A stretch of 64,000 bases of DNA from Minisyncoccota bacterium (GCA_035627595.1 DASPLK010000002.1:1824-65823); one strand, 5' to 3'; positions 27,646 through 38,004 are shown, numbered from the stretch's first letter. Made by a program: numbers and translations. Notes: generated by a model not told the origin, from the letters alone.

Positions 27646-28283
27646 TGGAAAAGCACCTGTATTTCGTCAGACACGGTGAGAGCAACTCTAATGTTGATGG
27701 TGTGATGCGTGGCATCGATTCCATACTTACGGATAAAGGGCATAAAGAGGCTGCATTCGTAGCAGAACGTATGACGCATATAGGTGTCGATGCGGTGATC
27801 GCAAGTACGTATCCGCGTGCTATTCAGACCGCTACACCTATAGTCCAGGCACTTGGCTTGTCACTCGAGACCAATGATCTTCTTATTGAGCGCCGTTCGC
27901 CGAGCGCTTTCCGCAACAAGTCCCAGGATGCAGAACTCAAGGACGAGGTACAGACGTTCCAGGCACGATACTGCGAAGACGGGTACGTGCACTCGGATGA
28001 AGAGACATTGCCGCAGATGCGCGAGCGTTCCTTGGCCGCGCTGCGCTTCCTCGAAGAGCACCCTGCAACGCGGATATGCGTGGTTACGCATGGGATATTC
28101 CTTCACGCGCTTTTCTGTGCCCTTTATGAGGGTCCGTCGTATACAGGAAAGGATTTCCAGAAGACCTGGAAGATGGCGACCCATAATACGGGCATCTCCT
28201 ACATCAGACGCCTAGAAGAGGGACATCATTGGGAGCGCGACTGGCATATCGTATCCTGGAACGACCTGGCCCATTTAGGCTAG
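27645..28283 (+). CDS. Histidine phosphatase family protein
   Basis: LYFVRHGES, RAIQTA, VVTHG and WND..HL motifs; TAATG overlap with pheT. Confidence 0.9.
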   Translation: MEKHLYFVRHGESNSNVDGVMRGIDSILTDKGHKEAAFVAERMTHIGVDAVIASTYPRAIQTATPIVQALGLSLETNDLLIERRSPSAFRNKSQDAELKDEVQTFQARYCEDGYVHSDEETLPQMRERSLAALRFLEEHPATRICVVTHGIFLHALFCALYEGPSYTGKDFQKTWKMATHNTGISYIRRLEEGHHWERDWHIVSWNDLAHLG

Positions 28284-28356
28284 CAAGTAGGCTCTATTTC
28301 AGTGCTTTAAGCAGGGGAAAACTTGCACTTGATGTGCTATACTTTACGTAAGAAAC

Positions 28357-30444
28357 ATGGCCAAAGCCGCAGATAATAAAGAGAAAAAAGCTGCCGCAAA
28401 GGGCAGCTCGTACGATGCCTCATCGATTACCGTCCTTGAGGGTCTTGACCCAGTCCGTAAGCGTCCGGGTATGTACATCGGTACCACCGGTCCCGATGGC
28501 CTCCACCATCTCATCTGGGAGATTTTCGATAACTCACGTGATGAGGCAATGGGTGGTCATGCTGACGATATCGAGATCGCACTGTTGCCAAATAACCGCA
28601 TTCGCGTTGTCGATAACGGACGCGGCATCCCGGTAGACAAGCACCCGCAGACCAAAGTATCCGCGCTTGAGATGATCATGACTACGCTCCATGCCGGCGG
28701 TAAGTTCGGTGGAGAATCTTCCGGCTACAAAGTATCCGGCGGTCTTCACGGCGTGGGCGCATCAGTCGTCAACGCGCTTTCGACCTGGGCACGTGCCGAG
28801 GTGCATCGCGACGGTGCGGTACATGAACAGGAATACAACATCGGCAAGCCAAAGAGTGCGGTAAAGAAGATAGGAACTTCTGATCGTCGAGGAACTATTA
28901 TCTCCTTCGAGGCGGACCCAACGATCTTCCAGGAGATCAAGTATGATTGGCACCGAATCGCCAACCATGTCCGCCAGCAGGCGTACCTTGTGAAGGGCAC
29001 GCGTATCTCTGTGATTGATGCCCGCAATCTCGAGTCGGTATCCGATGCGGGCGCCTTTTATCTCCGCGAACTCGGACTTGAAGCACCCTCGATGACTTTC
29101 TACTTCGAGGGAGGTCTTCGCTCTCTTGTATCATTCTATAACCAGCACCAGACCCCGGCCCATAAGAACATCTTTTATGTCGATGGCGGGGAAGGAGACG
29201 TCGCAGTCGAGGTAGCGTTCCAGTACACGGATGATCTCACGCCGCGCCTCCTGGCGTTTGCGAACAACATCTACAACCCCGAGCACGGTATGCACGTGAC
29301 GGGATTTAAGACTGCGCTAACGCGTACCCTTAATGCATACGGTCGCTCCTCCGGCATCCTCAAGGATAGCGAGGAAAACTTTACGGGAGACGATGTTCTG
29401 GAGGGCATCACGGCCGTTATATCGGTGAAGATGCCTGAGATCCAATTCGAAGGCCAGACTAAGGGAAAGCTAGGTTCCGTGGAAGCGCGCGGCGCTGTCG
29501 AGAGCGTATTTGGCGGCGCGCTGTCGTCATTCTTCGAAGAGAACCCGGATGATGCAAAAGCAATCGTTAACAAGGTGCTTATAGCGCTCAAGGCGCGTAA
29601 GGCTGCTAAGGCCGCAAAGGATTCAGTGCTCCGCAAGGGTGCATTGGAAGGAATGACCCTTCCAGGCAAACTTGCCGACTGCCAGACCAAAGCTGCGGAA
29701 GAGTCCGAACTCTTTATTGTGGAGGGAGACTCCGCAGGCGGTACCGCGAAGACCGGACGCGACCGCCGTACCCAGGCCATCCTTCCGCTACGCGGAAAGA
29801 TCCTCAACATTGAGCGCGCGCGCCTCGATAAGATGCTCGCTTCAGAGCAGATCAAGAACCTTGTCGTTGCGCTCGGTACCGCGATTGGCGATGTCTTCGA
29901 TATTACGAAGCTCCGCTATCACAAGATCATCATTGCAACCGATGCTGACGTCGACGGCGCCCATATTCGTACGCTTCTTCTGACTCTTTTCTATCGCCAT
30001 TTCCGTGCAGTTATCGATGGCGGGTATATCTATATCGCTCAGCCACCTCTCTACAAAATCAAGCGCGGCAAGGAAGTGCTTTACGCATACACCGATGAGG
30101 ATAAATTCAAGATTCTAGGCAAGGACGCTGAACTTTTGGAAGACCCCGGCGAGAACGAGGGTACAAGCGAGGAGGGTGAAAATGAGTCTGAGGAAGAGGA
30201 GGAAACTACCTCATCCAAGAAGTCCGCTAAGATCTCCATTCAGCGTTATAAGGGTCTTGGTGAGATGAACGCATCCGAGCTCTGGGAAACTACTATGGAT
30301 CCGAACCGTCGCGTTCTCAAGCGTGTCACTATTGAAGACGCAACCGAGGCAGACCGCATCTTCGGAGTACTTATGGGTACGGACGTTGCAAGTCGCAAAG
30401 CATTTATACAAAGCAACGCGAAGCTCGCAAATATTGATGTTTAG
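28357..30444 (+). CDS. gyrB: DNA gyrase subunit B
   Basis: [48 protein letters not shown] and [10 protein letters not shown] motifs. Confidence 0.96.
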   Translation: MAKAADNKEKKAAAKGSSYDASSITVLEGLDPVRKRPGMYIGTTGPDGLHHLIWEIFDNSRDEAMGGHADDIEIALLPNNRIRVVDNGRGIPVDKHPQTKVSALEMIMTTLHAGGKFGGESSGYKVSGGLHGVGASVVNALSTWARAEVHRDGAVHEQEYNIGKPKSAVKKIGTSDRRGTIISFEADPTIFQEIKYDWHRIANHVRQQAYLVKGTRISVIDARNLESVSDAGAFYLRELGLEAPSMTFYFEGGLRSLVSFYNQHQTPAHKNIFYVDGGEGDVAVEVAFQYTDDLTPRLLAFANNIYNPEHGMHVTGFKTALTRTLNAYGRSSGILKDSEENFTGDDVLEGITAVISVKMPEIQFEGQTKGKLGSVEARGAVESVFGGALSSFFEENPDDAKAIVNKVLIALKARKAAKAAKDSVLRKGALEGMTLPGKLADCQTKAAEESELFIVEGDSAGGTAKTGRDRRTQAILPLRGKILNIERARLDKMLASEQIKNLVVALGTAIGDVFDITKLRYHKIIIATDADVDGAHIRTLLLTLFYRHFRAVIDGGYIYIAQPPLYKIKRGKEVLYAYTDEDKFKILGKDAELLEDPGENEGTSEEGENESEEEEETTSSKKSAKISIQRYKGLGEMNASELWETTMDPNRRVLKRVTIEDATEADRIFGVLMGTDVASRKAFIQSNAKLANIDV

Positions 30445-30950
30445 TGCGGGATAGCTTTAACGTAGTTCATTCCGTAGCTGGTGTCACAGGTAGGACAACA
30501 ACTTACATGGTTCGTGGGCCCATTTACAAACCTATCTTCGGTAGCGAGACTTGCCATCACATACGTAGCTTCTGAGCAGCTATATTTCATGTATGCATGA
30601 CTTTGGACTGACGCGCTTGAGGAACGAGCGCCTGTGGGGTCAATTATCTCGCTCGGTACGTATCCACCATTTACTAAGCACATTGCAGTAGAGGTGTGGC
30701 CGCTATACGCTACATTGAACCAGCCACTACCGTTTCCACCACTACCACATCCGCTTCCGGAACCTGCAAAGGTGCCGTGATCTAACGCATATAAATAGAG
30801 CGCTTTAATGATGGTATCAACATCAGCCTTGCGCCTGGCATCCAGCGCCTTGAATCGCGCGCTATTTAGCGATACGAGGACGGTCGCAGAAAGGATACCT
30901 ATGATGGCGATGACAACCAATAATTCAATAAGAGTGAATCCGCGCTTCAT
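30441..30950 (-). CDS. Type IV pilin-like protein (pilin 4)
   Basis: MKRG|[17 protein letters not shown]; Cys-rich, AT-richer variable domain; its stop overlaps the gyrB stop. Confidence 0.92.
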   Translation of the reverse strand: MKRGFTLIELLVVIAIIGILSATVLVSLNSARFKALDARRKADVDTIIKALYLYALDHGTFAGSGSGCGSGGNGSGWFNVAYSGHTSTAMCLVNGGYVPSEIIDPTGARSSSASVQSHAYMKYSCSEATYVMASLATEDRFVNGPTNHVSCCPTCDTSYGMNYVKAIPH

Positions 30951-31000
30951 ATATACGTTATACCCTGTTGAGATATGGACGCCATGCCTGACTTAGGATA

Positions 31001-31032
31001 ACAAAAAGCCCCACGTGCGTGGGGCTTTTTGT
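31001..31032. terminator. Intrinsic terminator, bidirectional form
   Basis: acaaaaagccccacg-tg-cgtggggctttttgt. Confidence 0.8.
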
Positions 31033-31050
31033 AAATGGAGTAGGGAACCC

Positions 31051-31848
31051 TTAGTCCTCGACCTCAATTTCGAAAGTGAGGCGGTTGTTGTTTTCGTTGG
31101 ACTCGTTGACGTCTTCACCGCTGTCGATCTCAATTTTTACATCGTTCTCGCCATCACGGGGACGATCGTAGCCCAGAGTGAAGTCAGCAAACTGACCGGG
31201 CATGAGCGATACCTGCTCGCGGGACTTGTAGGTGTAGCGCGGGCGGGTCGGAAGTTCTGCTTCGAACTGCCACCGGCCGCTCTCGTTCGTGCCGGTATTG
31301 GTCACGCGGAACTTGAACGCAGGACGCTCGTCCTCAGGGACAGTTGAGTCCTTCACAAACGAGTCGGTCGAACTCGTGCGGAGATACCCGACCTCGACAA
31401 GGCGAACCGTAAGATCGGCTTTGCCATAAAGGTTCCGAGTGCCCGGTACCGGGACTGCAATCACAGTCGGGGTCGTAGGCTGTGTAGGCGTCACAGTCTG
31501 GGAAGGAGTTGACGGAACAGGGTAGGTGGTTGTTTCTACCGGATCGGTAGAGGTGGCACTCTCCTCATCTTCATCATTCCTTTCATTCTCAAATGGGACG
31601 CTTTCTCCTGGAACGACCTCAAGGTCATTGTCTCCCTCATCGCCTCCGAAGATAGACGAGAAGTACACGTTAGCTGCGCCGAGGCGGGAAGCCGTATCCG
31701 GGAGGATGCGGGCAGCGTAGATAGCAAGCGTAATACCAATAAACAGAAGCGCGACGAAGCCGACGACGGCAAGGCCGTTAATCGCGGCCCGGCGGGTGCC
31801 TGTTGGGCGCTCGACGGTCGTTGTGGTGGTATGGGTCATGGGTTCCAT
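31051..31848 (-). CDS. Membrane-anchored protein with a Thr/Pro linker and a C-terminal CARDB domain
   Basis: TM helix; acidic and TP-rich linker; ADL.V...F.V.N.G...ID....V.ESNENNN. Confidence 0.8.
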   Translation of the reverse strand: MEPMTHTTTTTVERPTGTRRAAINGLAVVGFVALLFIGITLAIYAARILPDTASRLGAANVYFSSIFGGDEGDNDLEVVPGESVPFENERNDEDEESATSTDPVETTTYPVPSTPSQTVTPTQPTTPTVIAVPVPGTRNLYGKADLTVRLVEVGYLRTSSTDSFVKDSTVPEDERPAFKFRVTNTGTNESGRWQFEAELPTRPRYTYKSREQVSLMPGQFADFTLGYDRPRDGENDVKIEIDSGEDVNESNENNNRLTFEIEVED

Positions 31849-31950
31849 ATGCTCACATATGTACCATAGCCTATATTCTTTGTCAAATCTGTGGTAAAAG
31901 CTGAAAACTTGACAAAAGAGATAATCTTATGTAGTTATATGTAAGAACAT

Positions 31951-32607
31951 ATGGCACAGGTTCACGACAGCAAGGAGGCCTCAGGGCTGCTCGCACAGGT
32001 ATTCGCAAGGAAGTTCAGCTTCGTTGCGGCCTTTACGCTTGTATTTTTTGTGACCTTCTCGGTGCTCCAGGCGTTTGAGCTGGTGCCTGAGGAGATTGCA
32101 AAAGAGGAAGTAAAGGAGGGGCGCCTCACTGCATCAGTCGCTGAGACGGTAAAGGCGCTTCCGGAGTATCCGACGCGTATTGAGATCCCGGCTATTGAGA
32201 TGAATGCGGAGATTGCGAACCCGACGTCGACAAATGTTGCGGTACTTGATCGCGCGCTCCTGAAGACGGCGGTCCGCTATCCGACGTCGGCACGACTTGG
32301 CGAAGAAGGGAACGTTATCCTTTTCGGCCACTCGAGCTATCTTCCGGTCGTGAACAATGAGGCATATAAGATCTTCAATGAAATTCAGAAGCTTGAAGAG
32401 GGTGATCGCATCACCGTCTATGGCACCGAAACTGTATACGTATACGAGGTGGATGCCGTAGAAGAGAAGGATGCTGAAGCAGATGCAATCCCACTAACCG
32501 TAGGGGAGCCGACGCTAACCCTTTCGACTTGCGATTCGTTCGGAAAGAAAACCGACCGGTTCGTTGTTACCGCAAAGCTTGTGGGAAGCCATCCGATCGA
32601 GGACTAA
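31951..32607 (+). CDS. Sortase
   Basis: N-terminal TM helix; P.RIEIP.I; GNVILFGHS (His), LTLSTC (Cys) and DRFVV.A (Arg) catalytic triad. Confidence 0.92.
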   Translation: MAQVHDSKEASGLLAQVFARKFSFVAAFTLVFFVTFSVLQAFELVPEEIAKEEVKEGRLTASVAETVKALPEYPTRIEIPAIEMNAEIANPTSTNVAVLDRALLKTAVRYPTSARLGEEGNVILFGHSSYLPVVNNEAYKIFNEIQKLEEGDRITVYGTETVYVYEVDAVEEKDAEADAIPLTVGEPTLTLSTCDSFGKKTDRFVVTAKLVGSHPIED

Positions 32608-32611
32608 GGTC

Positions 32612-32696
32612 CCCGTTGGATGGCTCGTCGCAAGATGAGAAGTTCGGCCGCGAAAGCGGAAGCGAGCGAATGTTCAAACGTGCTCCCAATTTCGGG
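32612..32696 (+). ncRNA. Candidate structured leader RNA with two GNRA-capped hairpins
   Basis: ctcgtc-GCAA-gatgag (32624-32639); gttcg.ccgc-GAAA-gcgg...cgagc (32642-32667); closing pairs cccg/cggg and ttgg/ccaa. No family recognised. Confidence 0.35.
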
Positions 32697-32721
32697 TTCA
32701 GCACAAGCAAGGAGAACAGAG

Positions 32722-33705
32722 ATGAAGAAGCGCCTTCTGACTACCGCGCTTTCCATCGCTCTCGTCGCGCTGCCCACTCAATTCGTGGGAGCATCGGCGG
32801 TGATGGCGATGGAGCCGGCTGGGCAGTCATTCTGTCCGGACGGAATCGAAAGCGGCGAGGAACTCGCCCGAAAGCTTGATGCTTCGCTGGCGATCGACCC
32901 GCAGGGCAGCCGGCCGCTTGAAGGCTGTCACGCGAACCCTATCGAGTTCCTGGTGGCCTTCAATGCTGCCGATCGACAAGAAGGTCTGACCCACGTCAAC
33001 CAGCTCCCAGCCTATGCCAGGAAGCTGGTCCCCGTGGAAGTGGACCGGACGCTCGAGTACCAGTCGTCTTGCATCCGCGTGATGTCGGGCGGCAGGAGGG
33101 CAGTCGAGATGGGTTGTGTTACGCGCTCGCTGCGTCGCGGGGAAGTGATCTACATGAACCCCGATACGCAGACGAAGGTCCTGTGGAGCGGCTGCGCCAA
33201 TCCCGGGTTCGCCCCAAGCCTCGAGCTCATCGTCGTGGGCAGGGAGTGCATCCGCATTCGGGTACCCCCGCTGCCTGTCGGCACCGTCGCGCGTGGCGGG
33301 TACATCGGTCCGCGCCTGCTTCCGGGCCGCTGCCACGCGCTCCGGCTTCCGGGTGCCGAAGATCGCATCTTCGACCTCCCGGAAGAATGTCCGATGGGCG
33401 TTCGCGAGCGTGAAGGTCGGCTGGTCCCGATCGTTTGTGACTGGACCGCCGTCGAACGCAACACGAGCCGGATCATGGGACAACCCGTGCAGATCCAGAA
33501 CGTGAGCTTCAGCTTCGTCGTCAGGGAGACGGACGGTTTCGACTGGTACCTTCCTCCCGAGGCGGTCGAGGGCCATGCCGCACTCTGTTTCGAGCTTCCG
33601 AACGGCGACATCGTCACGTTTTCGGTCAGCGAACGGAACTACGTGGACGGCGAGTACGTGGTTACTGAAGCGGACATCCGCAACAATACCCACGACATCG
33701 GCTGA
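32722..33705 (+). CDS. Secreted Cys-containing hypothetical protein (SD-led orphan)
   Basis: AAGGAG at 32709-32714, 7 nt before the ATG; MKKR plus a hydrophobic signal peptide; looks more GC-rich than its neighbours. Confidence 0.75.
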   Translation: MKKRLLTTALSIALVALPTQFVGASAVMAMEPAGQSFCPDGIESGEELARKLDASLAIDPQGSRPLEGCHANPIEFLVAFNAADRQEGLTHVNQLPAYARKLVPVEVDRTLEYQSSCIRVMSGGRRAVEMGCVTRSLRRGEVIYMNPDTQTKVLWSGCANPGFAPSLELIVVGRECIRIRVPPLPVGTVARGGYIGPRLLPGRCHALRLPGAEDRIFDLPEECPMGVREREGRLVPIVCDWTAVERNTSRIMGQPVQIQNVSFSFVVRETDGFDWYLPPEAVEGHAALCFELPNGDIVTFSVSERNYVDGEYVVTEADIRNNTHDIG

Positions 33706-33710
33706 TTGTT

Positions 33711-33745
33711 GGTGCGTGCGGGGCTTAAAACCCCCGCACGTCACC
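33711..33745 (+). terminator. Hairpin after the 32722 orphan gene
   Basis: ggtg-cgtgcgggg...ccccgcacg-tcacc followed by a pyrimidine tract. Confidence 0.6.
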
Positions 33746-33819
33746 TCCATCTCTTTCTCCTTTTTTATACGCTGCGAAAGCAGCAGGGAATTATTTCTTA
33801 TCACTTTACTGAAACACCT

Positions 33820-35892
33820 ATGGAAAGCATCGTCGCCAAAAGCCGATTCTCGAAATCCAAACCGATTCTTGTCGGCGTGTTCGCCGTGCTCGTAACGCTC
33901 GCAAGCGGTATGGCACTCGCGTTCGCACTCGGATTTACGACCCCGGAGAAATTGATGGCACAGGTCACGCCACAGCCGCCATGCTGCACACCGCAGCCAC
34001 CGCAGCCACCTCCACCACCGCCACCTCCACCACCGCCAACACCTCCGGTCACTCCACAGCCTCCCTGCTGCGTGCCTCCACCGCCTCCACCGCCGCCACC
34101 TCCACCACCACCTCCACCACCTCCACCACCTCCGCCACCACCTCCACCACCTCCACCTCCTCCGCCACCGCCACCGCCGGTAGTCGCGCAGTGTGTCTAC
34201 TTGCGTGCAAACAAGAGCACTATTTCGGCACCAGGCGAAGCAGTCGTCCTTAGCTGGAAGACCATTAATGGTGTATCTGCATCCATCAATAATGGAGTCG
34301 GTGCTGTTTCTCCGGTCGGGGAGGGTTCTATAACCGTTAATCCGACAGGGGACACTACGTATACTCTTACCGTCAACGGCATCATCGGCCAGGCCGATTG
34401 TGAGACGAGTATCACTATTGGTGATACGCAGCCAGCTGCGCGTTGTGTTGCATTTGCTGCAAGCCATGAGCAAATCACACCGGGCCAGGCCGTCACGCTT
34501 ACCTGGGAGACCGAGAACGCTACCCGCGCCTCGATTAACCAGAACATCGGTCAGGTAGCTCTATCGGGTTCCATGACGGTCAACCCGACCCAGACCACGA
34601 CCTACATCCTTACTGTTGAGGGCGTAAATGGGCCAGTCGATTGTCAGGATACAGTAGTTGTCGATGATGGACCTCCTCCGTCCGGTCCTCGCTGTATCTA
34701 CCTAAGGGCTAGCGATACAACTATTGAGGAAGGACAGGAGATCACCCTTACCTGGGAGACCGAAAGGGCATCGCGCGTCGAACTCAACCAGGGTATCGGT
34801 CGTGTTGCCGCTGACGGTTCTCGTGAGGTTAGCCCAGATGAGGACACGACCTATGTTCTCTCAGTGTATGACGACGAAGATGGCGAAGCCGCTGATCTCA
34901 TCGACACCTGCCAGGTGAGCGTTTCTCTCGATGACGACGACGATGATGATGGAGGCGGCGGTGGCGGTGGCGGAAGCCGCAGGCCGCGTGTCGTACTTGA
35001 TGTAGACACCATTGAGCCTGAGCCACCGCTCTCCTTCGTGTACCTCTCTGAGATGCCGTACACCGGTCTTGATCTCGGTCCTATGGGTACCGCTGTCTAC
35101 TGGCTCATGCTGATCGGCTGGAGCGCAGCAGCTGCATACCTCACGCTCTTCCACATCATGCCGTTCGCGCTCCGTAGGGTCCGCACCTTCGGCACGGATG
35201 TTCATGGCGTCCTCAATAGCGATCATGCTCCAGAGGCGCACGAGGAGACCGTGATGCATTCCGCATCGCATGCAGTACCTGCTGCACATCCTCCGGCATC
35301 GCATGCACCTGCACACGCTGATGCAAGCCACTTCCGGGGCTACACCTCTAAGGAGGGCTTCCGCTCCTTCGCGCAGACCGATACGCTTACGATCGATGAC
35401 ATCGTAAAGGGTCTATCTCGCGAAAGCGCGCAGGCACCAGTACACCAGGAGCCAGTAGTACAGGCATCGGTATACCAGGCGCCAATCGCACAGGCGCAGA
35501 TTGAGCCGGTCATCGTACCGAACACAGAGCGCATCCAGGAGCAGACCGCCGCTCAGATGGAGATCCATCACGACGTTCCAGCATTCATCCAGGCACTTCT
35601 TGCAGGTGACCGTGATACGGTCTTCGGCATGCTGCGCCAGGTGAATCGTACGGGCGGCGACTCTGAGACCTTCGTGACCCATGCGGTCTGCGCGCTTGAC
35701 GATGCGTACCGCGCACGTCTTGAGGGCACCCCGTGCCATCCAGAGATTCTCCGCGCTACCGAGGATTGTGCTACACCATTCCTTGAGAAGGTGATCGTAT
35801 CCCTTGCGACCGCAGTAGACTCGAGCTACTCAACGGGCGTGACAGGCGCAAAACTTGCGCTCACTCGTGCGCTCTCCGTTGTAAACGGATAA
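33820..35892 (+). CDS. Poly-proline / Ig-repeat surface protein with an MPYTG sortase-like motif, a TM helix and a large C-terminal domain
   Basis: N-terminal hydrophobic helix; VTPQPPCC twice; P35 tract; three C...L.W.T...TTY.L.V...C repeats; MPYTG (35053-35067) followed by a TM helix and RRVR. Confidence 0.82.
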   Translation: MESIVAKSRFSKSKPILVGVFAVLVTLASGMALAFALGFTTPEKLMAQVTPQPPCCTPQPPQPPPPPPPPPPPTPPVTPQPPCCVPPPPPPPPPPPPPPPPPPPPPPPPPPPPPPPPPPPVVAQCVYLRANKSTISAPGEAVVLSWKTINGVSASINNGVGAVSPVGEGSITVNPTGDTTYTLTVNGIIGQADCETSITIGDTQPAARCVAFAASHEQITPGQAVTLTWETENATRASINQNIGQVALSGSMTVNPTQTTTYILTVEGVNGPVDCQDTVVVDDGPPPSGPRCIYLRASDTTIEEGQEITLTWETERASRVELNQGIGRVAADGSREVSPDEDTTYVLSVYDDEDGEAADLIDTCQVSVSLDDDDDDDGGGGGGGGSRRPRVVLDVDTIEPEPPLSFVYLSEMPYTGLDLGPMGTAVYWLMLIGWSAAAAYLTLFHIMPFALRRVRTFGTDVHGVLNSDHAPEAHEETVMHSASHAVPAAHPPASHAPAHADASHFRGYTSKEGFRSFAQTDTLTIDDIVKGLSRESAQAPVHQEPVVQASVYQAPIAQAQIEPVIVPNTERIQEQTAAQMEIHHDVPAFIQALLAGDRDTVFGMLRQVNRTGGDSETFVTHAVCALDDAYRARLEGTPCHPEILRATEDCATPFLEKVIVSLATAVDSSYSTGVTGAKLALTRALSVVNG
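34075..34179 (+). repeat. (CCN)35 poly-proline codon tract
   Basis: 35 consecutive CCT/CCA/CCG codons. Confidence 0.95.
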
Positions 35893-35903
35893 GCCACCAA
35901 TAC

Positions 35904-35935
35904 CAAAAGCCCCCGGCTAATGCCGGGGGCTTTTG
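35904..35935. terminator. Bidirectional terminator
   Basis: caaaagcccccggc-taat-gccgggggcttttg between convergent genes. Confidence 0.85.
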
Positions 35936-35937
35936 TG

Positions 35938-37677
35938 TTAGGAACGTTCTTGAATTTCTGTAGTGAGCCGCGAAACGAGCTCTTCCCTTGAAAGTGTCTC
36001 GGAGGACCCGCCCCTTGATTCAAGGGTAACCGCACCGCTCTCAACCTCTTTATCGCCAAGCACGAGGAAGTAGGGGACACGCTCCTGTTTCGTAGCGCGT
36101 ATCTTCTTACCAAGAGATTCGCTCGCGTCATCAAGTTCGGCGCGCACGCCAGCAGCCTGGAGCATGGTGGATACTCCGCGCGCATACTCGTGATGCTTAT
36201 CGGATACCGGCAATACCTTTACCTGCACCGGAGAAAGCCAGAGCGGGAAGTTGCCGCCAAGGTGCTCAATCAAGACCGCAGAGAAGCGCTCTATGGAACC
36301 CATAATTGCGCAATGAATCATAACGATGCGCTCTTTCTCGCCCTTCTCATTAACACAGGTGAGGTCGAAGCGCTCCGGCTGGTTCATATCGAGCTGGATG
36401 GTCGCAACCTGGTGCTGGCGGCCCATAGAATCGGTTGCCATGAAGTCGAGCTTGGGACCGTACATCGCCGCCTCACCTTCGGCTTCGAAATAATCAGCAT
36501 TGCGCTCTTTGGCAATCTCGCGAAGCGCGTTCTCTGCATTTGCCCAGATCTCAGGCGTACCCAGGTAGCTCTCCATGTTCTTAGGATCATGGAAAGAGAG
36601 ACGAACCTTGAGCGTGTAGCCAAAGGCGCTGTAGAAGGTATCCACCATGTCCCAGATGCGGAAGAATTCTTCTTTGACCTGGCTCTGGCGACAGAAGACG
36701 TGACTGTCATCCTGTGTAATCGAAAGGACGCGTGTAAGCCCGCCGAGTTCCCCGGACTGCTCATCACGATAGACCATGGTGGTCTCTGCGTAGCGCTGCG
36801 GCATCTCGCGGTAGGAGTGGGGCTTGCGGGCGAAGATCTGCGTGTGGTGCGGGCAGTTCATAGGCTTCAGTGCGTATTCCTTGCCTTCGCGGGTCGTGAT
36901 ACGGAAAAGCTCATCGGCGAACTTAGCCCAGTGACCAGAAGTCTCATAGAGATCCTTCTTAGTAATGTGCGGGATGGTTACGCGCTGGTACCCGTTCCTC
37001 TGGCGGAGTTCCCAGATGAAGCGGTCGAGCTCATGGCGCACGATGGTGCCTTTTGGCGTCCACAAGGGAAGTCCAGACCCTACGAGGGGGGACGTGATAA
37101 AGAGGTCGAGTTCCGCGCCGAGCTTACGATGATCGCGCTTCTTGGCTTCCTCGATCTGCGCCTGGTACGCCTCTAGCTCTTCTTTGGTATCGAAAGCAAG
37201 ACCATAGATGCGGGTGAGCATCGCGTTCTTCTCATCGCCACGCCAGTATGCGCCTGCAACTCTATCAAGTATGAACGAGTCGGCTTTTATGTCATGAGCG
37301 GGCGTCTCACTGTGGCCGCCCCTACATAAGTCAGTGAAGCCGCCCGCAGTGTAGAGGGTGATAGGCTCTCCCTTGCTAACAATTTCGTCTATGAGCTCGA
37401 GTTTGTAGGGATTGCCGCTAAAGCGGTCGCGAGCATCTTTTTCAGATACTTCCGTGCCCGTCATATCCTTCCAGTCGGCAAGAAGCTCCCGCATGGAAGC
37501 AGTGAGCGCAGCGAGTTCGGTCTCTCCCGGGGTCTCACCGCCTGAGAAATCGAAGTCGTAATAGAAGCCGGTCTCAACAGCCGGCCCGATAGTGGCCTTT
37601 GCGTGGGGATAGCGCTCCTTCACTGCAGCGGCAAGCAAATGGGCCAAGGTATGGCGTTTTTCTTCTAGCGTTGGCAT
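35938..37677 (-). CDS. thrS: Threonine-tRNA ligase (no TGS domain)
   Basis: RHTLAH, DLCRG.H, GAYWRGD, RDHRKLG, KPMNCPHH, YGPKLD and GSIERF motifs. Confidence 0.96.
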   Translation of the reverse strand: MPTLEEKRHTLAHLLAAAVKERYPHAKATIGPAVETGFYYDFDFSGGETPGETELAALTASMRELLADWKDMTGTEVSEKDARDRFSGNPYKLELIDEIVSKGEPITLYTAGGFTDLCRGGHSETPAHDIKADSFILDRVAGAYWRGDEKNAMLTRIYGLAFDTKEELEAYQAQIEEAKKRDHRKLGAELDLFITSPLVGSGLPLWTPKGTIVRHELDRFIWELRQRNGYQRVTIPHITKKDLYETSGHWAKFADELFRITTREGKEYALKPMNCPHHTQIFARKPHSYREMPQRYAETTMVYRDEQSGELGGLTRVLSITQDDSHVFCRQSQVKEEFFRIWDMVDTFYSAFGYTLKVRLSFHDPKNMESYLGTPEIWANAENALREIAKERNADYFEAEGEAAMYGPKLDFMATDSMGRQHQVATIQLDMNQPERFDLTCVNEKGEKERIVMIHCAIMGSIERFSAVLIEHLGGNFPLWLSPVQVKVLPVSDKHHEYARGVSTMLQAAGVRAELDDASESLGKKIRATKQERVPYFLVLGDKEVESGAVTLESRGGSSETLSREELVSRLTTEIQERS

Positions 37678-37703
37678 AGCATGAGAATAGCATGGAAAGA
37701 CAA

Positions 37704-37729
37704 AGGGCGGCTCCTTGCGGGGCCGCCCT
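37704..37729 (-). terminator. GCAA-tetraloop terminator after the 37963 orphan
   Basis: Minus strand reads agggcggcccc-GCAA-ggagccgccct followed by ttgtcttt. Confidence 0.7.
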
Positions 37730-37756
37730 GTATAGTCCTAGCGCTCGGGTGCATCC

Positions 37757-37963
37757 CTAGGAAGGCTCCCTATATGCGCTAGCAAGTTGCGTAAGTTTGG
37801 CGGCGAACTCATACAGTAGGTCGCTCATAGTGCCGCTCTTCTCGGCCTTTCGCTTCTCCAGGCCCTGGGTAGCGATGGCCAGAAGGGCTACGTGCGCGAT
37901 CGGTCCGCGCCCGTCCTGAAGTCTTTTGAGAATCTCAGGCAGTGTCAGCGATGATTCGCTCAT
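37757..37963 (-). CDS. Small helical hypothetical protein (SD-led orphan)
   Basis: 68-aa ORF preceded by TGaTATAAC, a short hairpin and GGAGA-aacggta-ATG; it has its own terminator. Confidence 0.6.
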   Translation of the reverse strand: MSESSLTLPEILKRLQDGRGPIAHVALLAIATQGLEKRKAEKSGTMSDLLYEFAAKLTQLASAYREPS

Positions 37964-38004
37964 TACCGTTTCTCCACGCGAGTCAGTCTCGCAACACCGT
38001 TATA

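Noticed and set aside
32827-34473. 548-aa minus-strand ORF with W/R runs
   Set aside because: It is the antisense shadow of two plus-strand genes; the WRR runs are the reverse complement of the proline codons.
36190-37176. 328-aa plus-strand ORF, and similar ones such as 55215-56012 and 61027-61620
   Set aside because: These are antisense to thrS, rpoB or rpoC, have no motifs, and are expected from codon bias.
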